Below, piece by piece: positions 26,973 through 37,180 of a stretch of DNA of 48,930 nt. Position 1 is the stretch's first letter, and each line of letters starts with the position of its first letter. Both the position numbers and the translations under genes were made by a program. Source of the DNA: a bacterium (GTDB taxonomy: Bacteria > Hinthialibacterota > Hinthialibacteria > Hinthialibacterales > Hinthialibacteraceae); NCBI GenBank assembly GCA_041946805.1, contig JBHGBC010000028.1:1-48930 (forward strand), given 5' to 3'. The notes beneath the pieces are model-generated. The model made no database searches. It was not told where the DNA came from and saw nothing but the letters and a program-made list of their open reading frames with translations.

Positions 26973-29102
26973 ATGGCCAACCACATTCAATCCCCCAAAA
27001 AGCTGGACTCCATTTTTTATCCGCAATCCATCGCGGTCCTGGGGACCACCAATGTCAGCGGGACGGTCCCGCACGACATCTTCGAAAACCTCCTGGCCGG
27101 CGGATACAAGGGAATTTTGTATCCCGTCAGTCCGGGATCCAAGTCGATCCAATGCGTGAAGGCGTACAAGTACGTGGTGGACATCGAGGATTCGGTCGAC
27201 ATGGCGGTCATCGTGTTTCCCAGCCATGTGTGCAACCTGGCGCTGGAGCAATGCGGGCAGAAGGGCATCCACTCGGCCATCATCATCTCGGCGGGATTCA
27301 AGGAGACCGGCCCGAAAGGCCTGGCGCGCGAGCAGCAGCTCCAGGGGATCGCGCGGCGGCATGAGGTCACCCTGATCGGCCCGAACTGCCTGGGGGTGAT
27401 CAACACCGATCCCGCCGTATTGCTGAACGCCTCGTTCGCGCGCAAGATGCCGGAGGCGGGGAACATCGCCTTCCTGTCGCAGAGCGGGGCGTTGTGCACG
27501 GCCGTGCTGGACTACGCGCAATCCAAGCACATCGGCTTCTCGAAGTTCGTCAGTTTCGGAAACAAGGCGGACGTGACGGAAATCGACTTGCTGTATTACC
27601 TGAAGGATGATCCCAAGACCCAGGTCATCCTGTTGTACCTGGAGGAGATGACCGACGGGACCGGCTTGATGCGGGCGGCCGAGGAAGTGATCACCGAAAC
27701 GGGGAAACCGATCCTGCTGCTGAAGTCGGGGCGGACGCAGGAAGGGGCGTCGGCCGCGGCGTCGCACACGGGATCGATGGCCGGTTCGGACGAGATCTGC
27801 GACGCGGCCATGAAGCAATGCGGCATTATCCGCTGCTCCACGATCGAGGAGATGTTCAATTTCGCGATCGCCATGGCCTACCAGCCGTTGCCCAAGGGCA
27901 ACCGGGTGGCGATCATCACCAACGCGGGGGGGCCGGGCGTGCTGGCGACCGACGCGGCGGTGATGAACCGGCTGCAGGTGGCGCGTTTCACGGACGAGAC
28001 CACCGGGAAGTTGAAGGAATATCTGCCCAAGACGGCCAATGTCAAGAATCCCGTGGACGTCATTGGCGACGCGCGGATGGACCGGTACCAGGTGGCGATT
28101 TCCAGCACCCTGAACGACCCCAACGTGGACGGCGCGCTGGTGATTCTGACCCCGCAGTCCATGACCGACATCGAGGCGATCGCGTCGGAGGTGTGCAACC
28201 ACGCCGCCGAGTCGGACAAGCCGCTGCTGACCTCGTTCATGGGCGAGGCGGACGTGGCGAAGGGCATCGACATCCTGCTGCGCCACAAGATTCCCCACTA
28301 TATTCTGCCCGAATCGATGTGCAGCGCTTTTTCGTGCGCGTACCGGTTCAAAAAGACCCGCGAGATGGAGCCCGACCACCCCGTGAATCCCGAGGGGATC
28401 GTTCCAGAAAAGGCCCGGGCGGTATTAAACCGTGCCCGGGAGGCCGGCCGGCAGATACTCTCGGCGCGGGAATCGGAAGAACTGGCCCGGGCCTACGGAA
28501 TTCCCGTCGTGGAAAGCCGTCTGGCCAAGAGCGAGGATGAGGCGGCGCGGTCAGCCGAGGCGGCTGGATTTCCCGTGGTGATGAAAATCGCCTCGGAAGA
28601 CATTGTCCACAAGGTGAACCTTCAGGGTGTGGCGCTGAACATCCGGAGCGCGGCGGAAGCGGCCGAGACTTACGAGCGGATCATGACCCAAGTGAGGCAG
28701 GAGCTGCCGGACGCCCGCGTGGACGGCGTGACGATTCAAAAAATGATCACCGGCGCGCACGAGGTGATTTTGGGCGTCAAGCGGGATCCTTCGTTCGGCG
28801 CGGTGGTGATGTTCGGTTACGGCGGGATTTACGTGGAAGTCTTCCACGATGTCATTTTCCGGGTCGCGCCGTTGGGGCAGCGCACGATCCAATCCATGAT
28901 CCACGAGACCAAGGCGTATCCCATCCTGGCCGGGTTCCGGGGCCAGAAGGCGGGAGACATCACGGCGCTGGAGGATTGCCTGGCGCGCCTTTCCCGCCTG
29001 GCGTTGGATTGCCCGCAAATCCAGGAGATGGACATCAATCCCCTGTTCGTCCTGGAACCGGGGAAAGGATGCTGCGCATGCGACATCAAGGTGATGGTGT
29101 GA
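26973..29102 (+). CDS. ADP-forming acetate/acyl-CoA ligase (alpha-beta fusion)
   Basis: IISAGFKE, GPNCLG, SQSGA, ASHTGS (phospho-His), TNAGGPG, NPVD, ATP-grasp GFPVVMKI...HK and DINP; no GNAT domain. Confidence 0.9.
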   Translation: MANHIQSPKKLDSIFYPQSIAVLGTTNVSGTVPHDIFENLLAGGYKGILYPVSPGSKSIQCVKAYKYVVDIEDSVDMAVIVFPSHVCNLALEQCGQKGIHSAIIISAGFKETGPKGLAREQQLQGIARRHEVTLIGPNCLGVINTDPAVLLNASFARKMPEAGNIAFLSQSGALCTAVLDYAQSKHIGFSKFVSFGNKADVTEIDLLYYLKDDPKTQVILLYLEEMTDGTGLMRAAEEVITETGKPILLLKSGRTQEGASAAASHTGSMAGSDEICDAAMKQCGIIRCSTIEEMFNFAIAMAYQPLPKGNRVAIITNAGGPGVLATDAAVMNRLQVARFTDETTGKLKEYLPKTANVKNPVDVIGDARMDRYQVAISSTLNDPNVDGALVILTPQSMTDIEAIASEVCNHAAESDKPLLTSFMGEADVAKGIDILLRHKIPHYILPESMCSAFSCAYRFKKTREMEPDHPVNPEGIVPEKARAVLNRAREAGRQILSARESEELARAYGIPVVESRLAKSEDEAARSAEAAGFPVVMKIASEDIVHKVNLQGVALNIRSAAEAAETYERIMTQVRQELPDARVDGVTIQKMITGAHEVILGVKRDPSFGAVVMFGYGGIYVEVFHDVIFRVAPLGQRTIQSMIHETKAYPILAGFRGQKAGDITALEDCLARLSRLALDCPQIQEMDINPLFVLEPGKGCCACDIKVMV

Positions 29103-29609
29103 GATAAGGGACCAAGATGAGCCCAGGATTAAAATCCCGGGCTGCTGTCAAGCCGTCCCCTGAAGGGGACTCGAAGTTGGATGGATGGTTTACGCGCTTC
29201 GCGTTAAACCATCCCCGATGGGTTTCAAACCCATCACCATCCAGATCCCCTACAAGAAGGGGCGCGTTGCCTCGTGTCCCTCCGGGCCAGCGCGTTGGAT
29301 CCCCGCTTGCGCGGGGATGACATCCAGGGTGGAGTGGCAGGTACGGCTCAGTTCACGGAAGTGGGCCGTGAAGAGCGTGGCCAATGAAAAGATTTCCCTC
29401 ACCGTGGCCCTTTCCCGAGGGTAGAGGGAAAAGCAAGGGAGGGAAATTGTCTGAATCAGGATGGCCAGGATGGACAAGATGACCAGGATGGCGGCGGGTT
29501 TCGCGTCGCGCAACCCACGTTACATGGCTAACCAACAACTACCGCGGCAGGGTCATGCTTTGCTGACCTGCCTTTCTCACTTACCCCTTTCTGTCAGGTT
29601 CAAAGAGCC

Positions 29610-31595
29610 ATGAACTACCGATCCTTGACTCGTGATGAAATCATCACCCTCGAGCGCCAGGGCTGCCGGGCGCGTTCGTGGGACACCGTGAAGGTTGCGG
29701 ATCCGTTCCACGCCGAGTGGATCCACCGGGTCCGGTTTGGAGGCCAAGTCCGGATCGGCGTCCTGGGGGAGAAGGCGCAAGCGGCCGATGGTTTCGCGGC
29801 GCCGCCCGGATTGTACGACAGCGCCATCCAGGATTGCGTCATCGGCGATGGCGTGCTGATCGCCAACGTGGGTCTCGTGTCCAGCTACGATATCCAGGAC
29901 GGCGCGCGCCTGCTGAATGTGGGAACCCTGGAGGTAACGGGCGAGAGCGCGTTCGGGCAGGGCACGCCGATCGAAGTGGTAAACGAGGCGGGCGGCCGGA
30001 CGCTGCCCCTCTACGACCGCCTCACCGCCCAGATCGCCTACATGCTGGTCTTTTACCGGTACCGGAGCCGGTTCATCGAGCGGCTGAGGGCCCTGATCGA
30101 GCAGTACATTCAAAACCAACGCGGCCCGCGGGGAACGATCGGGAAAAATAGCGTGATCCAGAACTGCGCCACGCTCCGCAATCTGCGTGTGGGCTCCCAG
30201 GCCACGTTGTCCGGCTGCCGGCATTTGGAGAACGGGACGATCGTCAGCAAGCCCGAAGCCCCCACCACCCTCGGCGCGGGCGTGTACGCGCGGGATTTCA
30301 TCGCGCAGACGGGCGCCAAGATCGACAGTTCCGCCATGCTCACTTCCTGTTTCGTGGGCCAGGGCGTGAAGCTCGAGCGGCAGTACTCGGCCGAGAATTC
30401 GGCCTTCTTCGCCAATTCGGAAGGGATGCACGGCGAGGCGTGTTCGATCTTCGCGGGTCCGTACACGGTGACGCATCACAAATCCACGCTGCTGATCGCC
30501 GGGCTGTTTTCGTTCTTCAACGCCGGCAGCGGGACCAACCAAAGCAACCACATGTACAAGCTGGGGCCGGCGCACCAGGGGATCCTGGAGCGGGGCTGCA
30601 AGACCGGCTCATTTTCGTACTTGCTGTGGCCCGTGCACATCGGAGCGTTCTCGGTGGTGATCGGCAAGCACTACAGCAACTTCGACACGTCCGATTTTCC
30701 CTTCTCGTATATCACGGAAGAAGAAGGCCGCAGCTCGCTGATTCCCGCGATGAACCTTTTCACCGTGGGGACCATCCGCGACAGCCAGAAATGGGCCAAG
30801 CGGGACCGGCGCCAGGATCCCGAGAAACTCGATGAAATCCAGTTTGACTTGCTCAATCCCGTGGTCCTGCAGAAGGTGGTTCGGGCAGTCGAAATTTTGA
30901 ACGAGCTGTATCAGAAAAGCGCCAAGGAACTGGAATTCATCAACCACAACGGCATCGCCATCAAGCGCCTGCTGTTGAAACGCTGCGCCAAGTACTACGA
31001 AATGGCCGCCTCGATCGGCTTGGGGGAAGCCCTCGTCGCGGCATGGGCCGCGGCCGGGGACGGATTGCGCTTCGAGGAGCTCAAGGCCCGTCTCGGCGGG
31101 AGCGGGGGAGCGCAAAATGGGCGCTGGCTGGACCTGGCCGGATGGATGGCCCCCGCGGCCCGGGTGGAGGAAGTGATCCACGGGGTGGAGGAAGGCCGGT
31201 TCGCGGAGGTAGAAGAGGTCCGGCAGGCCATCCAGGCCATTGCGCGGGATTACGCGGCCGACAAGTGGGAGTGGTGCCGCGGCGGATTGGAAAAGCAATT
31301 CGACAAGTCCTGGAGCGAGTTTACCCGCGATGACCTGGTCCAGATTCTCACGGACTGGAAGACGAACAAGATCAAGCTCAACAACATGATCCTGCAGGAC
31401 GCACAGAAGGAATTCGATTTGCACGCCCGGATTGGTTTCGGTTTGGACGCCGCGAGCGAGGAGGATAAATTCAAGGATTTCATCGCTGTGCGGGGCGAGA
31501 TGGAGACCAACGCGTTCATCCAGGACGTGCGCCGCGATTCCCAGCGCGCCGTGGAGACCGCCGCCCGCCTGCTGGAGATGATCGAAACCGGGTAG
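29610..31595 (+). CDS. DUF4954 family protein (left-handed beta-helix-like)
   Basis: YRSLT..EI..LE.QGC N-terminus; GEACSIFAGPYTVTHHKSTLLI and SGTNQSNHMYKLGP motifs. Confidence 0.78.
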   Translation: MNYRSLTRDEIITLERQGCRARSWDTVKVADPFHAEWIHRVRFGGQVRIGVLGEKAQAADGFAAPPGLYDSAIQDCVIGDGVLIANVGLVSSYDIQDGARLLNVGTLEVTGESAFGQGTPIEVVNEAGGRTLPLYDRLTAQIAYMLVFYRYRSRFIERLRALIEQYIQNQRGPRGTIGKNSVIQNCATLRNLRVGSQATLSGCRHLENGTIVSKPEAPTTLGAGVYARDFIAQTGAKIDSSAMLTSCFVGQGVKLERQYSAENSAFFANSEGMHGEACSIFAGPYTVTHHKSTLLIAGLFSFFNAGSGTNQSNHMYKLGPAHQGILERGCKTGSFSYLLWPVHIGAFSVVIGKHYSNFDTSDFPFSYITEEEGRSSLIPAMNLFTVGTIRDSQKWAKRDRRQDPEKLDEIQFDLLNPVVLQKVVRAVEILNELYQKSAKELEFINHNGIAIKRLLLKRCAKYYEMAASIGLGEALVAAWAAAGDGLRFEELKARLGGSGGAQNGRWLDLAGWMAPAARVEEVIHGVEEGRFAEVEEVRQAIQAIARDYAADKWEWCRGGLEKQFDKSWSEFTRDDLVQILTDWKTNKIKLNNMILQDAQKEFDLHARIGFGLDAASEEDKFKDFIAVRGEMETNAFIQDVRRDSQRAVETAARLLEMIETG

Positions 31596-31825
31596 GAATG
31601 CAGCCAGCCGGATTTCACGGGCGGGAGACAGATGATTGCGCACTAGCCTTCCAGGGATGGCATCTCCGGGAAGGAGAGGAATCGGCGCGGTTCCCAGCGG
31701 GGGCATGCCACGGCGCGCGCCGGCGGGAATCCTTGCGTTTTGGCGCTGCCGTGGCGGATGCATCCGCCATTTTGGTTTATTCCTTTTCACCGGTCCGTTA
31801 TCCAAGGGCGTGAGGGAGAAATATC

Positions 31826-32035
31826 GGCTCATCCGGCAAGTGCGTACTTTTTTCCCGAACGCCGGTTCGCATCTCTTCGCAATGAACGATGAATACCACC
31901 CCCTCAATTTCCTCTCCCTCTGGGAGAGGGCTAGGGTGAGGATTTTTCAGCCGGGGCGGACCTTGGCGTCAACCCTCATCCCGGCGTGAATGGAATCGAT
32001 TTTACCTCATTAGGAACGCACTCGCCGGATGATAC
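31826..32035. mobile_element. MITE-like element (~210 bp), same family as 17603-17948
   Basis: Left GGCTCATCCGGCAAGTGCGTAC, right GAACGCACTCGCCGGATGATAC (inverted); internal CCTCTCCC/GGGTGAGG and GGGCGGACC hairpins. Confidence 0.6.
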
Positions 32036-32298
32036 AAAATATCAATTTTTTCCTGTACTGGAAAATCCATTGACTTGTCATTCATTCCAGTTCCCCTCGT
32101 ATGGCATCCAAAAAATGACTACAATTCCACCAGTCTATTTGTCCTTTGGATGCATTCATCTTTCCATTTCTTTTCCAAAAAACAACCGGTATCTTCATCC
32201 TATTCGATTTGGGAAAAAACAACAGCAGGGCATGGTCCAGGAGGCGCCGCGGGTTTGCCTGGAGACCGGATTGTTCACTCGAAAAGGAGGGAATGAAT

Positions 32299-35200
32299 AT
32301 GAATCGAAGTTCATTGGGAATCGTCGCGTTGGGAATTATTTGTCTTGGATTCAGCATGCCCAGCCAGGCGGAGGATCCCGGGTGGATATTGTATTGCCGC
32401 CCGCAACTTGTCGAGATCATGGATGACTGGGGAGTTTTCGCCATGCGTCCCGACGGGAGTTCGGTAACGACCATCGGCAAAGGGATCTTCTTCTCTCCCA
32501 GCCTGAACCGGGATGGTTCGGTTCTGATTTTTACCGCTCTCCATCCAATTGTCAAAGCCTCGACGACGATTTATAAAACCACCGCGGCGGGGGGAACGCC
32601 TGTTTTGCTCGCCGCGGGACCGGAATATTCCGCGCAAGATGCCTCGTTTTCGCCCGATGAAACCCGGGTGGTCTATCAGGTGTATCAGCCGGAATTGCCG
32701 GGAGGGGCGACTCCCACGCCCGGCCCGGGGAAAGTACGGCGTCCGGAATCATGGCTGAATCCGCTTTCCGTTCTCGAGGGCGCGGCTTCTCCGGATTTTC
32801 CGGCCCCGGGAGACGGCGCGAATCCCCGGCAGATCATGCCCAGTTCGAGTTACCTGGCGATCGCGCGTCTGGACGGCTCGGACGCGGGGATCGGCTATCA
32901 TCCCGCGATTCCCAATCAGGGACCATTTCAGTTTTGGCGTTCGCCGGATTGGCATCCCTTCGACGAGAACCGGATCTTGTGTTCCATGCGGATGCTATCG
33001 GGGACGGGCGTACATATGGCCGGATTGTACGAGATCGATCCGAATGGGACGATGGTGCGCCCCCTGTTCCCACCGCAATCCTGGATGGGAGGCTACGAGG
33101 AGGACGACTTTCCGGTTTGGTCGCCGGATGGGAGGTACATCGCCTATACCCGCCAGTTCATGAATCTGAACACCTTTGTGAGCAGCTACTCAGTGTGGTT
33201 GATGCGGGAGGACGCGTCGGACGCGCCCGGAATCCAGATCACGAGGGATTTTCTAACCTTGGTGCCGTCGGGGGGCATCAGCCATATCGATTGGTCGCCG
33301 GACGGGCAATGGATCGTGTTCAGCGCGGTGGAATCCGCCCAGATCGACGTGTACAAGGTGCGTCCCGATGGCTCCGAGCTGACCAAACTCACGCAGGACG
33401 GCATCAGCGCGGTGCCTTGTTGGGGCCTAGTACCGGCGGGCCTGATCGCGGGCGTCGCGTTACCCGGCGCCGCGGCCGCCACGGAGACACCCACACCGGA
33501 GCAGCCGACGCCACCCACGCCGACCGCCACGGCCACGGCGGTTGAGCCGACCCCACCGGCCACCCAGACCGCCACGGCCACGGTGACGCCCACCCCGGCG
33601 GTCCAACCGACCTTCCCGGATTTCATAACGACCTCCACGCCAGGGCAACTCGCTCCCGAAACGCTGGCGGTTTATGAATTCGATCAGAAAGACCTGGCGG
33701 CGAATGGGTGGAAGGAAATACCCGGCGGTTTCGTCCCCAACACCCTGCCGGGGCAAATCACGGCCCTGGGATTCGTGGGGAACCTGATCCCCTCGTCGCA
33801 AGACCAGGTGGGGATCCAGATCACGGCCGATCCAGGCGAGGTGGCTTTCGCTTACGCGGCCGCGCCGGTGGACACCGGGGGCAAGCCGGTGCTGGTCCGC
33901 ATGACGCTGCGGACGACCGCTCCCGGAGCGGCGGTGGCCCTGGCGGCGCTGCGGGGGAATCTGGCGACCGGGGAAGGGGTGGACGGGACCATCACGACCC
34001 ACGTGCCGGTCGATTCGAGGCGGTTTCTGGAGGCGGAAGAGCGGATGGTGTTGTTGTATGAGCCGGACAGCAATCCCTGGGTGACGCCGGTCATCCAGGT
34101 GGCGGGGGGACAGTCCGGAGCCGTGAGCGTTTCGGTGGACCGGCTCGAAGTGGTCCGCATCGACACCAGCCAGGCCGTCCCGCCCGAGGCGCTCTATGAA
34201 TTCGATCAGACCACCCTGGAAGCGGACGGGTGGAAGTTTTTGGGATCCGGCTTTTCGGGAGCCCAGCCCGGCGAGGTCAGCGCGAACATCTACGTCGGGC
34301 CGTTCATGCCCTCCTCCAAGGACAAGGTGGGGATCATGATGAGTGTGCATACCGGCCAGGTGGCGTTCCTGCACACGCTCGCGCCCATCCAGACGGAGGG
34401 ATGGCCGGTGTTGATCCGGATGAAAGTCCGCGCCGACGGGCCGGGCGCGGCGGTGGCCCTGGCCGCCCTGCAAGGCAATCTGGCGTCCAACGAAGGCGTG
34501 GATGGGACCATCGCCACCAATATCCCCGCGCAGGCCGCCAGTTTTGTGGATCAAGAGCGGGTGTTGGAGCTCGTGTACCAGCCGGACGCACCGGGCCAGG
34601 TGACACCGATCCTGCAGGCCGCGTGCACGCTCGGCCCCCAGGATTCGCGGACGGTGGCTGTGTTGATCGACTCGGTGGAGATCTACAAACTCGATCCGGC
34701 GTCTTCGTACCTGGGTTCGATGTGCAGCGCCAAACCCGCGCAGGAACCGGGGGTGACACCAACGCCCACCCAGCCGCCGGTGGAATCCACACCCACCCCC
34801 ACGCCAACCCTGACTCCGACAGTGGAACAACCCACCCCCACGCCGCCGCCCGCCGGTTCCATTCCCGAAGTAGAACCCAACGACGGCCAGGCCACGGCGC
34901 AGAATTTGGGAACTCTGGCGGCCAACAGCACCACCACGGTCGCGGGCCGGATGGCCAAGGGCGGCGTGGAAGGGCAGACCTACGTGGGCGATTCGGACTT
35001 CTACGCCATCACCCTCAGCGAGAAATCCGAATTGACCGTGAACCTCGACTGGACCGCCAACGCCAACCTCGATTTCTACCTGATGTCCAACGGCCAGTTC
35101 ATCGGCGGGGTGGACAAGAACGAAAAGCCCATCGCGCTCACCCAGACCCTGGATCCGGGCACGTACCTGTTGCTGATCCTGTCGATGGACAATCCCAGCG

Positions 35201-36888
35201 ACTATACGATGCGGATCCAGGTCAAATCCGCCGGGATTCCCGGTTCCATTCCCGAAGTAGAACCCAACGATGCCCAGGCCACGGCGCAAAACCTGGGAAC
35301 GTTGCCTGCCAACCAGGATCCCATCACCATCGCGGGCCGGATGGCCAAGGGCGGCGTGGAAGGGCAGACGTATGTCGGCGATTCAGACTTCTATGTTTTC
35401 ACCATCACCCAACCATCCGAATTGTACGTGACCCTGGATTGGACAGACAGCGCCGACCTGGATCTCTTTTTCCTGCAAGACGGCCAAATCGTGGACAGTG
35501 TGGACCAGCTCGAAAAACCCATCCAGTTCGGAAAGGTCTTGCAACCAGGGACCTATATGCTGCTGGTGTTATCGATGGATAACCCCACAAATTATTCGAT
35601 GCAAATCCTGCTGCTGGCCGACGCAACGCCGACCCCCACGCCGACGCCGGAGGAAGCCACACCGACGCCGGCGGCCACAGCCACCTCGACTCCGGCCGGG
35701 GTGACGCCCACGCCGACCGCGCCGCCCGCGGGTTCCATTACCGAAGTAGAGCCCAACGACGGCCAGGCCACGGCGCAGAATCTGGGGACGCTGGCGGTGG
35801 GTAGCACCACCACCGTGGCGGGGCGGATGGCCAAGGGCGGCGTGGAAGGGCAGAACTATGTGGGGGATTCGGACTTCTACGCCTTCACCGTCACGCAGCC
35901 GTCCGAACTGAATGTGAATCTGGATTGGACCGGCAACGCCAACTTGGATCTGTATTTCCTGTACGAGGGTCAGATCGTGGACCAGGTGTCACAGAACGTA
36001 AAGCCCATCGAATTCGGCAAGGGGTTGCAGCCGGGAACCTATCTGTTGCTGGTGTTGTCGATGGACAATCCCAGCGATTACACCATGCAGATCCAGATCA
36101 AGTCCGCCGGGATTCCCGGCTCCGTTCCCGAAACCGAGCCCAACGACGGGCAGGCCACGGCGCAGAATCTGGGGACGTTGGTATCCGAGAAGGAGATCAC
36201 CGTCGCCGGCCGGATGGCCAAGGGCGGCGTCGAGGGGCAAACCTACATGGGCGATTCAGACTTCTACGCTTTCACGGTGAATCAATCCTGCGAGCTCTAC
36301 GTCACCCTGGATTGGACCGCCAACGCCAACCTGGATCTCTATTTCCTGGAAAACGGCCAGGTCGTGGACCAGATCTCGCAGAACGAAAAACCCATCGAGT
36401 TCGGTAAGGTGCTGCAGCCGGGGACCTATCTGCTGCTGGTGCTGTCGATGGACAATCCCAGCGATTACACCATGAAGATCCTGATGCTCTCGACTGAAAC
36501 ACCGGTGGACCTTGTCACCGAAAAAGAGCCCAACGACACCGACGCCACCGCGCAGAATCTGGGGCTGCTGCTGCTCAACAGCATCACCCGGATCACCGGG
36601 AACTTGGACTCGGGCGGTTACGACGGACAGAGCTACCAGGGCGACATCGATCTGTATACGTTCACCCTGCAAGATAACGCGGATGTCCAGTTCACGATGG
36701 ATTGGAACGTATCCGCGGACGCCGATATCTATGTCTTTTACGGGAACGAGATCATCGACCAGCAAAGCCATGACGAAAAGCCTATCGATTTAACGACCCG
36801 CTTGATCCCGGGGACGTTCACCCTGATGGTGGTCTCCGCGGACAACGCCTGCGATTATCAACTGGAAATCAAGACCACACCGTACTGA
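32299..36888 (+). CDS. Large secreted modular protein: TolB/PD40-like propeller, Pro/Thr linkers, 2 unknown beta domains, 5 PPC-like repeats
   Basis: AAGGAGG 8 nt before ATG 32299; signal peptide; FSPD/WSPDG repeats; TPTP linkers; five E-x-EPND..ATAQNLG units. Confidence 0.85.
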   Translation: MNRSSLGIVALGIICLGFSMPSQAEDPGWILYCRPQLVEIMDDWGVFAMRPDGSSVTTIGKGIFFSPSLNRDGSVLIFTALHPIVKASTTIYKTTAAGGTPVLLAAGPEYSAQDASFSPDETRVVYQVYQPELPGGATPTPGPGKVRRPESWLNPLSVLEGAASPDFPAPGDGANPRQIMPSSSYLAIARLDGSDAGIGYHPAIPNQGPFQFWRSPDWHPFDENRILCSMRMLSGTGVHMAGLYEIDPNGTMVRPLFPPQSWMGGYEEDDFPVWSPDGRYIAYTRQFMNLNTFVSSYSVWLMREDASDAPGIQITRDFLTLVPSGGISHIDWSPDGQWIVFSAVESAQIDVYKVRPDGSELTKLTQDGISAVPCWGLVPAGLIAGVALPGAAAATETPTPEQPTPPTPTATATAVEPTPPATQTATATVTPTPAVQPTFPDFITTSTPGQLAPETLAVYEFDQKDLAANGWKEIPGGFVPNTLPGQITALGFVGNLIPSSQDQVGIQITADPGEVAFAYAAAPVDTGGKPVLVRMTLRTTAPGAAVALAALRGNLATGEGVDGTITTHVPVDSRRFLEAEERMVLLYEPDSNPWVTPVIQVAGGQSGAVSVSVDRLEVVRIDTSQAVPPEALYEFDQTTLEADGWKFLGSGFSGAQPGEVSANIYVGPFMPSSKDKVGIMMSVHTGQVAFLHTLAPIQTEGWPVLIRMKVRADGPGAAVALAALQGNLASNEGVDGTIATNIPAQAASFVDQERVLELVYQPDAPGQVTPILQAACTLGPQDSRTVAVLIDSVEIYKLDPASSYLGSMCSAKPAQEPGVTPTPTQPPVESTPTPTPTLTPTVEQPTPTPPPAGSIPEVEPNDGQATAQNLGTLAANSTTTVAGRMAKGGVEGQTYVGDSDFYAITLSEKSELTVNLDWTANANLDFYLMSNGQFIGGVDKNEKPIALTQTLDPGTYLLLILSMDNPSDYTMRIQVKSAGIPGSIPEVEPNDAQATAQNLGTLPANQDPITIAGRMAKGGVEGQTYVGDSDFYVFTITQPSELYVTLDWTDSADLDLFFLQDGQIVDSVDQLEKPIQFGKVLQPGTYMLLVLSMDNPTNYSMQILLLADATPTPTPTPEEATPTPAATATSTPAGVTPTPTAPPAGSITEVEPNDGQATAQNLGTLAVGSTTTVAGRMAKGGVEGQNYVGDSDFYAFTVTQPSELNVNLDWTGNANLDLYFLYEGQIVDQVSQNVKPIEFGKGLQPGTYLLLVLSMDNPSDYTMQIQIKSAGIPGSVPETEPNDGQATAQNLGTLVSEKEITVAGRMAKGGVEGQTYMGDSDFYAFTVNQSCELYVTLDWTANANLDLYFLENGQVVDQISQNEKPIEFGKVLQPGTYLLLVLSMDNPSDYTMKILMLSTETPVDLVTEKEPNDTDATAQNLGLLLLNSITRITGNLDSGGYDGQSYQGDIDLYTFTLQDNADVQFTMDWNVSADADIYVFYGNEIIDQQSHDEKPIDLTTRLIPGTFTLMVVSADNACDYQLEIKTTPY
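34855..36885 (+). repeat. Five intragenic ~125-aa coding repeats
   Basis: Units start near 34855, 35242, 35731, 36118 and 36520; DNA-level identity such as ATGGCCAAGGGCGGCGT in units 1-4. Confidence 0.9.
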
Positions 36889-36969
36889 TCCATTGCAACC
36901 GGCGGCCGGATTTTTCCTCCCGCCGAGATTGATTCACGGCTTACCTTGTTGTTCTGGCGCGTGATATGA

Positions 36970-37013
36970 TTCCCTCATCCGTTCGTGGAATGGACGAGGG
37001 AATTTTTATTTTT
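36970..37013 (+). terminator. Probable intrinsic terminator
   Basis: TTCCCTC.TCCGTTC...GAATGGACGAGGGAA stem followed by TTTTTATTTTT. Confidence 0.6.
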
Positions 37014-37180
37014 CCGCGCCGTTCGGGAAGAAGCCCTTTGTATATTGGCATGAAACGGATCGGAAGAGAGAAATTTTTCTGCCCCTCCCTTTGAAAGAGG
37101 GCCGGGGTGAGGGAATGTTGCATGAGCGGATCCATGTGTCTGCCCGGTTACTTTAATCTCCAAAACCTTTAAAGGGGAGA

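Noticed and set aside
26973..29102. Protein lysine acetyltransferase Pat/Pka
   Set aside because: No GNAT domain, and the catalytic His motif ASHTGS is intact
34855..36885. Coding repeats as a DGR template/variable pair
   Set aside because: Differences are not adenine-specific, all copies are in-frame domains, and there is no reverse transcriptase
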